A stretch of 64,000 nt of DNA from Thermoanaerobaculia bacterium. Its GTDB lineage: Bacteria; Acidobacteriota; Thermoanaerobaculia; Multivoradales; JAHEKO01. Location: assembly GCA_049664225.1 (NCBI GenBank), contig JBATEX010000133.1, positions 919 to 64,918 on the forward strand. The letters are read 5' to 3'. This document shows, piece after piece, positions 35,326 to 44,801 of this stretch (positions are counted from its first letter, which is position 1; every line of letters begins with the position of its first letter). The position numbers and the translations under genes are program-made. Below the pieces are notes generated by a model. That model did no database searches. It was not told the origin of the DNA and saw only the letters and a list, made by a program, of their open reading frames with translations.

Positions 35326-36171
35326 CTAGCACAGCATCTCGCCCCGCGACGGTCGAACCGCCGCTCGCTGCGAACGCTGGGAGGCCGTTTCCAGCATCGC
35401 CGGATCGGTCGCTACTGCCACCGCCGCCCGTCTCTGGGCCTCTCGCGCTGCCGCCGTGTCCAATTCGAAGACGAAGGGGATCTCGGGACAGAGCCAGGCC
35501 GAGTGCAACTCGGGCCAGGGCGTGCTTTCGGGAAGCGGCAGGCAGAGATCGAGCAGGTGAATATCCTGCATCTCGACGCTCAGTGGCCAGATCGGGACTG
35601 ACCGCTGGCTGGTCTCGACGGACCGCAGACCACCAGCAGTGACCAAGTAGGCGCGACGACGCTGCCGGAAGTAGGAGGTCATTCGCTCCCACGAGCCGAG
35701 TGACGGACCGGCAGTGACCTCAGGGGATCCCTGGCAGGCCGTGAGCTTGAGGCTGGCTTCGCGATGTACCTCCCATTGCCAGCAGCCAGCATTGGCTTCC
35801 GCAGTCGGGGCCGGAAAACTAAATCGCCCCCCCACAGCCGGCTGGCCCGCCAGCCATCGAGAGCCGGGTACGACCCAGTGGGGTACCAGCAGTCGATGTA
35901 GGAAGATCGACGGCACCTCTTCGTGATCGGTGACGTAGAAGCGGAAATTGAACTGCGGATAGGAAAGACGAAGAAAGGGCAAGCCGGCCACATGGAGATG
36001 CTCATGGCGGAAGAGGAGCGCAGAGCCGAATACCAGGCTCGCTCCTTCGGCGGCGTGAGCTTCGTATCGCAGCGGTTCCGGCAAGGGCGGCAGGGCCTCC
36101 ACCGGAAACGCCCAATTTAGATACAAGCAGTCCCTGACGACCGTGCGGACGGTAGTACCCTGAGCCGTCAT
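35326..36171 (-). CDS. DUF2071-like hypothetical protein
   Basis: Start placed at MTAQGTTVRT (ATG 36171). Pattern CLYLNWAFPVEAL...YPQFNFRFYV resembles DUF2071 as I remember it. The upstream 161 codons of the ORF are not credited. Confidence 0.5.
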   Translation of the reverse strand: MTAQGTTVRTVVRDCLYLNWAFPVEALPPLPEPLRYEAHAAEGASLVFGSALLFRHEHLHVAGLPFLRLSYPQFNFRFYVTDHEEVPSIFLHRLLVPHWVVPGSRWLAGQPAVGGRFSFPAPTAEANAGCWQWEVHREASLKLTACQGSPEVTAGPSLGSWERMTSYFRQRRRAYLVTAGGLRSVETSQRSVPIWPLSVEMQDIHLLDLCLPLPESTPWPELHSAWLCPEIPFVFELDTAAAREAQRRAAVAVATDPAMLETASQRSQRAAVRPSRGEMLC

Positions 36172-36370
36172 TCTGGACCCGCCCTCATGAATCCGACCCC
36201 CGAGTTTTCTTCCCCATGAATCAAAACCATAACCTGCTGAAGGACAGGCCGCAAGCCGCACCCTCCTGGCCCCTGCCGCGATCCGGTCGGACTGCCCCGA
36301 TCCCAACATCCGAAGCGTTCCGCCTCTGCTAGAGTTCAGGACTTCAACTACCTTTCCTCGGAGGGAATCC

Positions 36371-38098
36371 ATGAAAACCGAATTCTCGAAGGACCTCGAT
36401 ATGACAACCCATGTGGCCATCATGCTGAGCTTCGTTCTGGCCTTTGCGGCCTGCCAGCAGTCTCCACCGGCCATTGAAGAACCCGAGGCGGCCGTCTCGC
36501 TCGATCTTCCGCCGGGCGTCGAGACTGCGACCGAGGCCATCAATGAAGAGACCTTGAAGGCCCACACCGCATCGCTGTCGAGTGACGAGTTCGAAGGCCG
36601 AGCGCCCGCCAGCCCAGGCGACGAGAAGGCACGGCAGTACCTGCAGGACACCATGGCCTCGCTGGGCCTCGAGCCGGGCGCTCAGGACGGTGCCTGGCAG
36701 CAGAGATTCGCCATCATGAGCATTACCTCGGAGGCGCCTGAGGTATGGTCCTTCGAAGGGCAGGATGGCAGCCTGGACCTCGCATCCTGGGACGACTTCA
36801 TTGCCGGCAGCGGCGTGCAGAGCGAGAAAGCTCTCATCGACGACGCCGAGCTCGTCTTCGTAGGCTATGGCATCGAAGCTCCGGAGTACGACTGGGATGA
36901 CATCAAGGGCGCCGATCTGGAAGGCAAGGTGCTCCTGATGATGAACAACGATCCTGACTGGGATCCGGAGCTATTCGAGGGAGATCGGCGGCTCTACTAC
37001 GGTCGCTGGACCTACAAGTACGAGGTGGCCGCCCGGCATGGAGCAGCTGGGGCCATCATCATCCATACGACGCCTTCAGCCGGCTATCCGTGGCAGGTCG
37101 TGCAGGCCTCCTGGACCGGTGCGCAATTCGAGCTGCCGGCAGGAGACGAGCCGCGATCGCAGGTCTCGGCGTGGATTACGGAAGAAGCGGCTCGCAGTCT
37201 CGTGGCCGTCTCCGGTCACGAGCTGGATGCGCTTCGCGAGTCGGCCAGGAGCCGTGACTTTCAGCCTGTACCTCTGGGAATCACCACATCTCTGCTTTTG
37301 ACCAACAGCATCGACAGTGTGGAGACCGGAAATGTGGCGGGACTGCTGGAGGGCAGCGACCCCATCCTGAAGAACGAGGTCGTCGTCTACTCGGCCCATC
37401 ACGACCACTTCGGAATCGGTGAGCCGAACGACGAGGGCGACAACATCTACAACGGTGCGCTGGACAATGCTGCCGGATGCGGCAAGGTGCTGACGATTGC
37501 CGACGCCTTTACTCGTCTGCCCGAGCCTCCCCGACGCTCGGTCCTCTTTCTGTTCGTAGCCGGGGAAGAACAGGGACTCATAGGTTCGGAGTACTACGCC
37601 AAAAACCCCACTTTCCCGCCGGGTCGAATCGCTGCCAATGTCAATATCGACGGCGCCAACATCTTCGGCCGGACGAGCGACGTCGCCTATATCGGTTTCG
37701 GGAAATCGACCCTCGACGATGTCGTGGTAGCTGCGGCGGCACGCCAGGGAAGGACCGTGGTGGGTGACCAGTTTCCCGATCGGGGTTCCTTCTACCGCTC
37801 GGACCAGTTCAATTTCTCGAAGATCGGTGTGCCGGCCATCTACGCCGACAGCGGTACGACCTACATCGGTCGCCCCGACGGCTGGGGCAAGGAGCAGGCC
37901 GAGGCCTGGGAGTCAGTCCACTACCACCAGCCGAGCGATGAGATGACTGACGATTGGAACTTCGAAGGCATCATCGAAGACACGGTCCTGGCCTTCGAAG
38001 CCGGTCTCTCTATTGCTCAGACCGCGGAGCTACCGAGCTGGACGCCAGGCGACGAGTTCGAGGCGGCTCGCATCCAGGCTCTGGCAGAGCTCGACTGA
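36371..38098 (+). CDS. M28-family metallo-aminopeptidase with PA domain, probable lipoprotein
   Basis: Lipobox-like LAFAAC. Zinc ligand contexts HHDHFG, GALDNAAG, VAGEEQGLIGS. GGAGGG lies upstream of the ATG. Confidence 0.85.
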   Translation: MKTEFSKDLDMTTHVAIMLSFVLAFAACQQSPPAIEEPEAAVSLDLPPGVETATEAINEETLKAHTASLSSDEFEGRAPASPGDEKARQYLQDTMASLGLEPGAQDGAWQQRFAIMSITSEAPEVWSFEGQDGSLDLASWDDFIAGSGVQSEKALIDDAELVFVGYGIEAPEYDWDDIKGADLEGKVLLMMNNDPDWDPELFEGDRRLYYGRWTYKYEVAARHGAAGAIIIHTTPSAGYPWQVVQASWTGAQFELPAGDEPRSQVSAWITEEAARSLVAVSGHELDALRESARSRDFQPVPLGITTSLLLTNSIDSVETGNVAGLLEGSDPILKNEVVVYSAHHDHFGIGEPNDEGDNIYNGALDNAAGCGKVLTIADAFTRLPEPPRRSVLFLFVAGEEQGLIGSEYYAKNPTFPPGRIAANVNIDGANIFGRTSDVAYIGFGKSTLDDVVVAAAARQGRTVVGDQFPDRGSFYRSDQFNFSKIGVPAIYADSGTTYIGRPDGWGKEQAEAWESVHYHQPSDEMTDDWNFEGIIEDTVLAFEAGLSIAQTAELPSWTPGDEFEAARIQALAELD

Positions 38099-38115
38099 AC
38101 CCAGCCGCTCGCCGC

Positions 38116-38355
38116 CTAATCCAATTGGGCGTGACTGCCGTCGCAATAGGGCGGGTTGGCCGTGTGCTTGCACTGGCACAGGGCCACCCGCTTTTTCTCG
38201 CCCAGCTCCACCTTCAGTGGCGTGAATTCGGTCCCCGTATGAGAGCCGTCGCAGAATGGCTGTGTCTCCGAGTGTCCGCACTGGCACCAGAAATAGGTCC
38301 CCGGCTCCAACTCCACCACTGCAGGCCTCGTTGCGGCTACTTTCGGCTTTGACAT
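38116..38355 (-). CDS. CDGSH iron-sulfur domain protein (two CDGSH motifs)
   Basis: CQCGHSETQPFCDGSH and CQCKHTANPPYCDGSH. Confidence 0.9.
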   Translation of the reverse strand: MSKPKVAATRPAVVELEPGTYFWCQCGHSETQPFCDGSHTGTEFTPLKVELGEKKRVALCQCKHTANPPYCDGSHAQLD

Positions 38356-38373
38356 TCGAGCCTCTCTTTCGAG

Positions 38374-39459
38374 CTATTCGATACCGACTTCGGCGAGCCC
38401 TCGTTGGAGAATCGCCTCATCACCCAGGTGCTTGGCGCCCAGTTCCATGACTTGGCGACGAAAGTCGACCTCCAATTGACGTCGTTCCTCCTGAGTGACG
38501 AAGGCGTGCTGGAGTGCAGACCATCCGAAAGCTGCCACCTCCTCCGCTCCATAGCCAAACGTCTCTGACAGGCGCTGAAACTCTTGGGTCAGGGTCGTCT
38601 CGAAGAGAGGGGGATCATCGGAGTTCACAGTTACCGGAACCCCGGCGCTCCGGATCGTCTCGATCGGGTGACTCGCCAAATCTGGAACAGCACCCAGCTG
38701 GACGTTGGACGTCGGACAGATCTCGAGGGGGATCTGACGCTCCGCCAGCTCCTCCAAGAGCTCGGCATCGTCTACCGATCGGATCCCATGGCCGATTCTT
38801 TCGGGCTGGCAGACCTCCAGGGCCGAACGGATCGAGTCAGGGCCCTCATGCTCGCCAGCATGAGCGACCCGGTGAAGTCCCTCCTGCCGAGCAACCCTGA
38901 AGTGCTCTCGGAAGGGCTCGTCTGAAGAGGCTTCGAAGCCGGAGAGCCCGAGTGCCACCACGCCTTGCCCTCTCCCATCCAGAGCCCACTCGAGAGTACG
39001 GTCCGCCCATTGCCAGGGAACGTCCCGAACGATGTCGGGGATCCACCGAGCGGTGACGCCCGATCGCCTCTCTTCCTCCTCCAAGGTCTCGCTCAACGCC
39101 GCCGCAACCTCACTCCCATTGGCACCGTTCCGGAGGTGGGTGGCAATGGTGAAATGGACTTCGCTATAGCGGATGTTCTGCGCTGCCTGTTCACCCAGGA
39201 ACTCCCTGGCCACCAGCTGGAAATCCTCCGGATCGCGCAAGCTCTGGCTGCAGGTCAGGTAGATCTCGACGAAGTGCTCGAAATCCCTGAATCGGAACCA
39301 CTCACGTAGCCCTTCGACGGTATCGGCCGGTAGGGAAACTCGGTGCCGCTTCGCCAGCTCCAAGAGAGTCCGGGGACGGATGGAGCCTTCCAGATGGACA
39401 TGGAGCTCCACCTTGGGCATCTCTTGGATGAAGGCGTCCAGTGCTGGTTCCAGACTCAA
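38374..39459 (-). CDS. add: Adenosine deaminase
   Basis: PKVELHVHLEGS, HAGE and SDDP motifs; 361 aa. Confidence 0.9.
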   Translation of the reverse strand: MSLEPALDAFIQEMPKVELHVHLEGSIRPRTLLELAKRHRVSLPADTVEGLREWFRFRDFEHFVEIYLTCSQSLRDPEDFQLVAREFLGEQAAQNIRYSEVHFTIATHLRNGANGSEVAAALSETLEEEERRSGVTARWIPDIVRDVPWQWADRTLEWALDGRGQGVVALGLSGFEASSDEPFREHFRVARQEGLHRVAHAGEHEGPDSIRSALEVCQPERIGHGIRSVDDAELLEELAERQIPLEICPTSNVQLGAVPDLASHPIETIRSAGVPVTVNSDDPPLFETTLTQEFQRLSETFGYGAEEVAAFGWSALQHAFVTQEERRQLEVDFRRQVMELGAKHLGDEAILQRGLAEVGIE

Positions 39460-39470
39460 CCGGCGCCCTC

Positions 39471-39965
39471 TCAGACCCGCCCCGTCGCTCGATCGCCCAG
39501 CTCCCGGAGCACATTCTCGGGAACCAGACCGGTGAGATCCCCACCCAGGAAGAAGACCTCCTTGACGAGGCGGCTCGATAGGTAGATGTACTCCTCCTTG
39601 GGCACCATGAAGACCGTCTCGATCCGGGGATTCAGGCGCCGATTCATCAGCGCCATCTGGAACTCATACTCGAAGTCCGAGACGGCTCGCAGACCACGGA
39701 TGATGGTGCGAGCTCCCACCTGGTCCATGAAGTCGGCCAGCAGGCCCGAGAAGCTCTCCACTCTGCAGTCTTCGCATTCTCGAAGCTCGTGCGTGATCAT
39801 GGCCATCCGCTCGCTGACGGAAAAGACCGGCTTCTTCTCTTCGTTGCCGAGCACCGCTACCACCACTTCGTCGAATACCGATCGGCATCGACCGATGATG
39901 TCCAGATGGCCGTTGTGAATCGGATCGAACGAGCCTGGGTAAACGGCGATTCGCTTTCTACTCAT
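39471..39965 (-). CDS. coaD: Phosphopantetheine adenylyltransferase
   Basis: AVYPGSFDPIHNGHLDII and ISSRLVKE-like C-terminal motif; 164 aa. Confidence 0.93.
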   Translation of the reverse strand: MSRKRIAVYPGSFDPIHNGHLDIIGRCRSVFDEVVVAVLGNEEKKPVFSVSERMAMITHELRECEDCRVESFSGLLADFMDQVGARTIIRGLRAVSDFEYEFQMALMNRRLNPRIETVFMVPKEEYIYLSSRLVKEVFFLGGDLTGLVPENVLRELGDRATGRV

Positions 39966-42196
39966 GGTCCATCCTGGGATAGATCGAAGGTCACGACGTT
40001 GAAGGCAGCATCCATGAGCCGCAGCAGAATGAGCTTTCCAGAAGCCGGAATATCCACCAGGAGTCTCTCATTTTGTCCGTCCAGAAGTCCATCCACCGGT
40101 CTGGCCGGCAGCCATTCTCCCGCATCGAGGCTGAATTCAGCGCGCCGAAGAGGGCTCCACCTGTCCTCGACTTGCACTTCCAGGCTCTCTGCCTGTCGTT
40201 GGACACCCACCAACTCCGGCACGCTGTGGTCCACGAGGACCGGCTCACTGATCTCCTCGGACCGCTGCACCCCCGATTCCTCGGACCGGATTCGATCTCT
40301 AACGCTCAGCCTGAACCGATATCTACCGTCGGGAAGAGCCGTCGCGTCGAAGCTGTGGTGAGAGTCCCTCAGATCCTTGGCCATTGGCAGCCAGCTCTCA
40401 TTCCAGTCAGCCCGACGAAATTCCAGATCGAAGAAGAGGTCATCTTCGTTGGGATCCTCCGACTTCCACCGAAGCGTTCGATAACCTTTCTTCCAGAGGG
40501 TCTTCAACCGCCGGTTCTCGCTGGGTGTTTCGGCTTCCAATACCGTGAAGATCCCCTGACGGTCCGGATGCACGGGCTCATAGACCTGCTGGGCTGGATT
40601 GAAGTTGGCCGGGACCAGGACCTGACCCGGTTCCATGACCGTCAAGCTGTCGATTCTCGGTGGCAGATTCGTCTGTTTGTAGGAGATCTGAATCTCGCTG
40701 AGGCTCGGTGAGGTTCCGCCGTCAGCCTCCAACTCGGCTCGCCACTGGAAGTAACGGCCGGCTGGCAGCTGCGCCAGCGATACTTCCATCCCAACTTGCC
40801 AAAGTGTCCAGTCCGACCAGGTTCGATCGGGATCCGAGCTCATGCCACTGCGGAAGGAGAATCGGACCTGGCTGCCCTGAGGGACCTTTCCCTGCCAGCG
40901 GAGGTTGCCGAAGGTCGCGAACTGCTGGGCGTCCAAAGTCGGGCTGGTGTAGACGCCTCGTCGTTCGGTGCGGCCCGAGATCCGATAGAGAGCCGCCGCA
41001 TTCGTGGTCGCGAAGGCAGGACCGGGGTCATCTTCCAGAAGCACGACTACCTGACGTTCATCGACGTCCTTCTCCAGCACCGGCTTGCCGTCGCTGAGGC
41101 TGAAGACCTTGCCCTCCAGACCAGTGCCCACCCACAAGCGGCCACGCTGCCAGGCGATGCTGTAGACCGTCTCCTCCTCGAAAGCGGTCAAAGATTGCAC
41201 CAGACCTTCAGAAGAGATCCTCAGGATCTCCGACCGGGGGCCCTGAAAACCGCTCGGTCTCGTACCGACCATCTCCGACTCTCCCCTACTTTCGGCGGAG
41301 ACCGTGATCTGTACCGTCACCTCGCCGCCATCGTTACCTTCCTCGGAGCTCGACTCGTCTTCCTCAGAGGGCTCTTCCGCTGGCTGGTGCAGACTCACAA
41401 GACTCGCCTCCGAGGCCAGAACCGCGGCGTAGCAGTCGCCGTCCGGATCGGCGGCGAAGGCCACCACCTCCGGTTGCGCAGCATCATAGAGAGTGCGAAC
41501 AGTGCCATCCGGGTCGAGTCGGAGAATGAGACCTTCACCGGCGGTACCCATGAGCACCTGGCCATTGGGCAGCGCCTTCAGAGTCCTCAGATGCGTGTCC
41601 TGGCTGTCGAACAAAACCTCAGCCTGACCATCGGCTTCTACCTTGAAGAGTTTGCCATCCGTTCCGGTCGCCACCAGGAGACTTCCACCAGCACCCCTCT
41701 CGAGGTCCCAGATGTAGGTCTGCTCGGGATCGAAGAAGACCGTCGCGTCGTCTTCGCCGAGGCGATATACCTTGCCGTTCGGAGAAGAGCCGGCAAAGAC
41801 CGCGCCATCCTCTGCTACCCAAACGGCGAAGATCTCAGGCTCCTCCGCCTCGAAGAGCACAGTCGTCTCACCCTGCCGATCAATCAGCAGGACCCGGCCT
41901 CCGTTGCCAGTGCCCACGACCCAACCGTCTGGATGGGAAGCTGCCGACAGGAGGAACGGCTCGTTGACCTCTGTCAACCGCTCCACTTGATCTGCCAGCC
42001 GCAGCGTTCCAAGCGAGTCCACTCCGATTCCATCCAGAGTACCGGCCAGGAACGCTGTTCGACTCTGCATGGAGTAGATCCGCACCTCAGCCTCCGCCGG
42101 CCTGGCCGGTCCGACGAGGGCCAAAACCAGGACCGCCAAACCCAGCCAACGAAAGTCCGTCATCAGTTGATGCACTCCTCTTGATCTTCGTTTCAC
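39962..42196 (-). CDS. Large exported hypothetical protein, beta-propeller-like N-terminal half plus beta-sandwich C-terminal half
   Basis: Signal peptide (...LVGPARPAEA). Repeated G(T/S)xxGK(V/L)(Y/F) blade-like motifs, an acidic linker, and no catalytic motif recognised. Overlaps coaD by 4 nt. Confidence 0.7.
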   Translation of the reverse strand: MKRRSRGVHQLMTDFRWLGLAVLVLALVGPARPAEAEVRIYSMQSRTAFLAGTLDGIGVDSLGTLRLADQVERLTEVNEPFLLSAASHPDGWVVGTGNGGRVLLIDRQGETTVLFEAEEPEIFAVWVAEDGAVFAGSSPNGKVYRLGEDDATVFFDPEQTYIWDLERGAGGSLLVATGTDGKLFKVEADGQAEVLFDSQDTHLRTLKALPNGQVLMGTAGEGLILRLDPDGTVRTLYDAAQPEVVAFAADPDGDCYAAVLASEASLVSLHQPAEEPSEEDESSSEEGNDGGEVTVQITVSAESRGESEMVGTRPSGFQGPRSEILRISSEGLVQSLTAFEEETVYSIAWQRGRLWVGTGLEGKVFSLSDGKPVLEKDVDERQVVVLLEDDPGPAFATTNAAALYRISGRTERRGVYTSPTLDAQQFATFGNLRWQGKVPQGSQVRFSFRSGMSSDPDRTWSDWTLWQVGMEVSLAQLPAGRYFQWRAELEADGGTSPSLSEIQISYKQTNLPPRIDSLTVMEPGQVLVPANFNPAQQVYEPVHPDRQGIFTVLEAETPSENRRLKTLWKKGYRTLRWKSEDPNEDDLFFDLEFRRADWNESWLPMAKDLRDSHHSFDATALPDGRYRFRLSVRDRIRSEESGVQRSEEISEPVLVDHSVPELVGVQRQAESLEVQVEDRWSPLRRAEFSLDAGEWLPARPVDGLLDGQNERLLVDIPASGKLILLRLMDAAFNVVTFDLSQDGP

Positions 42197-42227
42197 ATCG
42201 GCTCCTCACCAACTTCGGTCTTCTCTG

Positions 42228-44093
42228 TTAGCGGCCGCCCTCGGTCCCTGTCGATGTCGGAGTCGATGGCTGCAGACCCCCACCGGCCGCTGGAGAGTCT
42301 CCCTCTGCCGGCTCTTTCTTGAGCGGTCCTTCCCGTTGCACCTCGAGGTCGACCCGGACGATGCCTTCTAGAGGCTGGTCCAGCTCGATGACACTCTCCT
42401 GGGCCACGGCCAACCGCAGCGGCGTCGCGCTGGTCGAGGGAGCTGCGCTCCACAGCGACCGCACCGAGGCCGGGAGTTGCGGCAGCACCTCGCCTCCTAC
42501 CGACAGCCCCTCGCCACGAAAGACTCCCAGAGCCACCAGCTCACGACTCGAATGAAACGAGCGGAGGAATCTGAGAGCCTGTGGAAACGTCTGAGGTGCC
42601 GTCTTTTCAACCTCTAGCCGCGCCATATCGACACTGACCCCATCTCCGACCAACAGAGAGTAACGACCCTCTGGCAGGCCAGTGGGTACGTCGAGCGCCA
42701 GCGTCGCGCGGAACGTTTCGCCCCGATAGGCCTGGAGATCGACCACCAGCTCGATTCGATCGCCCGGGCGAACGAGGGTCTGGTTGACGTGCGCTCCAAC
42801 CAGGCGGGCTGTCCTGGGCTCCGCGTGCTGCTCGAGCTCGATGTCGATGGACTCCAGGTTGATCCTTTCGAACCTGTTGTTGAGAAAAAAGCCTGTGAAG
42901 GCAAACAGGTAGAAAGCCGCCTCTTGAGACGCCAGCTCGCCATCGAAGCTCTGACGAATTTCGAGCTCTCCCCATTCTGCCAGGTCGAACCGGGCCTCGA
43001 GGTCCAGCCCCTGGCTACCGCTGCTCTGCGACGCCGCCTCGAGAGAGCCAAGAGTGGAGATGGCCACCAGGGTCGGAGTCAGCAGTGGCAGATCCGCGAC
43101 GCGTAGCGCGAACTGTCGGTCCACGAGACCCGCGATACGCACGCTCACGGGTATCATCGGGGCCTCGGCTCCGACCCGGCCGCGCATGCCAGCAGCTCTG
43201 TCCATCTCGAACGCGCCGACGACCGCTCCGAGATTGGAGATCTTGAACGAGTTCATCTGGCTGGAGACGACCGTCACGACCTCGCTCGTGGCCATCGGCA
43301 CACGCAGCGGACCGACTCCGAGGAACGGGTGACCGAAGGCGAGGATCTCGTCGCCCCTGCGTTCGGTGACGGTTCCGGTTGCCGCCAGGCGTAAGTCTCC
43401 ATCGACCAGCACCCCAGATACGGACGATCCCGCAACCAGTCTCAAATCCCCGGTGTCCGACGCCTGGCCGGCGGCAGACAGGCTATCGAGCGCCCCCTTG
43501 AGAGTGGCGCGAGTGGCGCTCCCAAAGCCCACCGTGCTCCATTGGACACCGCTGATCGCCGAGTCCAGACCCGTACCTTCGAGGCTTCCCAGGGGCTCCA
43601 GGATCTCCTGCCAGGTGAGACTGCCTGAGATCAGGTCTCGGGGCTCTCGAGGCCTACTCCCGTTCTGCGATGAGGATGTGGACGATTCACCGGCGCTCAG
43701 ATGGCGCATCTGCTCGATGGGGGTGATTCCCGCCACCGCCTCGTTGGCGAACAACCACGAGAAGGACACGGCACCCAGCAGGCGGCCGTCGACGTATACC
43801 GGGCTTCCACTCATACCCGCGATCACACCGCTGGCCTCCAGGCCCCTTCCCTTCAGTCGAGCCAGAATGAAACTCGTCGAAGGTTGCGTGTTGCGCCACA
43901 CCCCCAGCACCTCGACCTCGAACCGCTCCGGGATGGCGCCCTCGAAAACCGAGAGGCCGTAGCCGGTCAAACCGGGTTGCACAGAATCCAGCGGAAACAT
44001 CTCTTCATCGGCGGTTTGGGATGGAGTGGGGGTCTCGGCACCCATACCGATCGGTAGAAGGAAGACGAGGAGACTGCACAAAATCTTATGCAT
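42228..44093 (-). CDS. Exported peptidase S55 (SpoIVB-like) domain protein
   Basis: Signal peptide. N-terminal domain with VIAGMSGSPVYVDGRLLGAVSF, matching the SpoIVB serine motif GMSGSP. The long C-terminal region is unassigned. Confidence 0.7.
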   Translation of the reverse strand: MHKILCSLLVFLLPIGMGAETPTPSQTADEEMFPLDSVQPGLTGYGLSVFEGAIPERFEVEVLGVWRNTQPSTSFILARLKGRGLEASGVIAGMSGSPVYVDGRLLGAVSFSWLFANEAVAGITPIEQMRHLSAGESSTSSSQNGSRPREPRDLISGSLTWQEILEPLGSLEGTGLDSAISGVQWSTVGFGSATRATLKGALDSLSAAGQASDTGDLRLVAGSSVSGVLVDGDLRLAATGTVTERRGDEILAFGHPFLGVGPLRVPMATSEVVTVVSSQMNSFKISNLGAVVGAFEMDRAAGMRGRVGAEAPMIPVSVRIAGLVDRQFALRVADLPLLTPTLVAISTLGSLEAASQSSGSQGLDLEARFDLAEWGELEIRQSFDGELASQEAAFYLFAFTGFFLNNRFERINLESIDIELEQHAEPRTARLVGAHVNQTLVRPGDRIELVVDLQAYRGETFRATLALDVPTGLPEGRYSLLVGDGVSVDMARLEVEKTAPQTFPQALRFLRSFHSSRELVALGVFRGEGLSVGGEVLPQLPASVRSLWSAAPSTSATPLRLAVAQESVIELDQPLEGIVRVDLEVQREGPLKKEPAEGDSPAAGGGLQPSTPTSTGTEGGR

Positions 44094-44111
44094 TCCAGAG
44101 GCGCTCCCTGA

Positions 44112-44801
44112 TCATCGAGGTTCTGCGGGACGATCCGCAGACTTTTCCGCAGTCGCTGCGGAAAAGCCCGAGCTCCATCCCAGCTCTGTGAGCCGCCGTC
44201 GAAGCTCGGCGACAGGATAGCGACCGACTCGTAGGACCTCCAGACCCGTCGGTCCAAGAGCTACGATGGTGGAAGGTGCCCCGCCAGGCAGAAGTCCGTC
44301 ATCGACGATCAGCGCCGGCCATCCCACCAGCCTGAGTGCGAGGTCGACCGGGTCACAGATAGGGGCTTCTCCACTGCTGTTGGCACTCGTTGCCGTCAAG
44401 GGACTCCGCAAGTTGGCCAGCAACTCGACTAGACGTGGGTGATCTGGGATCCTCACCGCCAGCGAACCGCTCGCACCGGATGCGGGCAACGATTGGCGAA
44501 TCGGCAACACCACACTGAGCGGCGCCGGCCAGAGTGATGTCAGGATCCGCAGGCCGGGATCGTCGATGTCGATTCCCAGCATGGCGAGGTGCTCCAGGGC
44601 TCCAACCACCACCGGCAGCGGCTTGTCGCCCGACCTCGCCTTGAACCGATAGACGCTTTCGACTCCCTTCGCGCTCCTGGGATCCACCGCCAGAGCGTAG
44701 CTGGACTCAGTCGGCACGGCGAGCATTTCGCCGCCAGCCAGGCCTTCTCGGATGACGTCGAGAGAATCTCCCCAGCGCCAAACCTCGGGGCGGCGGCTCA
44801 C
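44112..44801 (-). CDS. tsaC: L-threonylcarbamoyladenylate synthase (YrdC/TsaC/Sua5 family)
   Basis: YrdC-domain motifs AVPTESSYALAVDP, SVRIP-like LAVRIPDHP and TSANSSGE. Confidence 0.85.
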   Translation of the reverse strand: MSRRPEVWRWGDSLDVIREGLAGGEMLAVPTESSYALAVDPRSAKGVESVYRFKARSGDKPLPVVVGALEHLAMLGIDIDDPGLRILTSLWPAPLSVVLPIRQSLPASGASGSLAVRIPDHPRLVELLANLRSPLTATSANSSGEAPICDPVDLALRLVGWPALIVDDGLLPGGAPSTIVALGPTGLEVLRVGRYPVAELRRRLTELGWSSGFSAATAEKSADRPAEPR

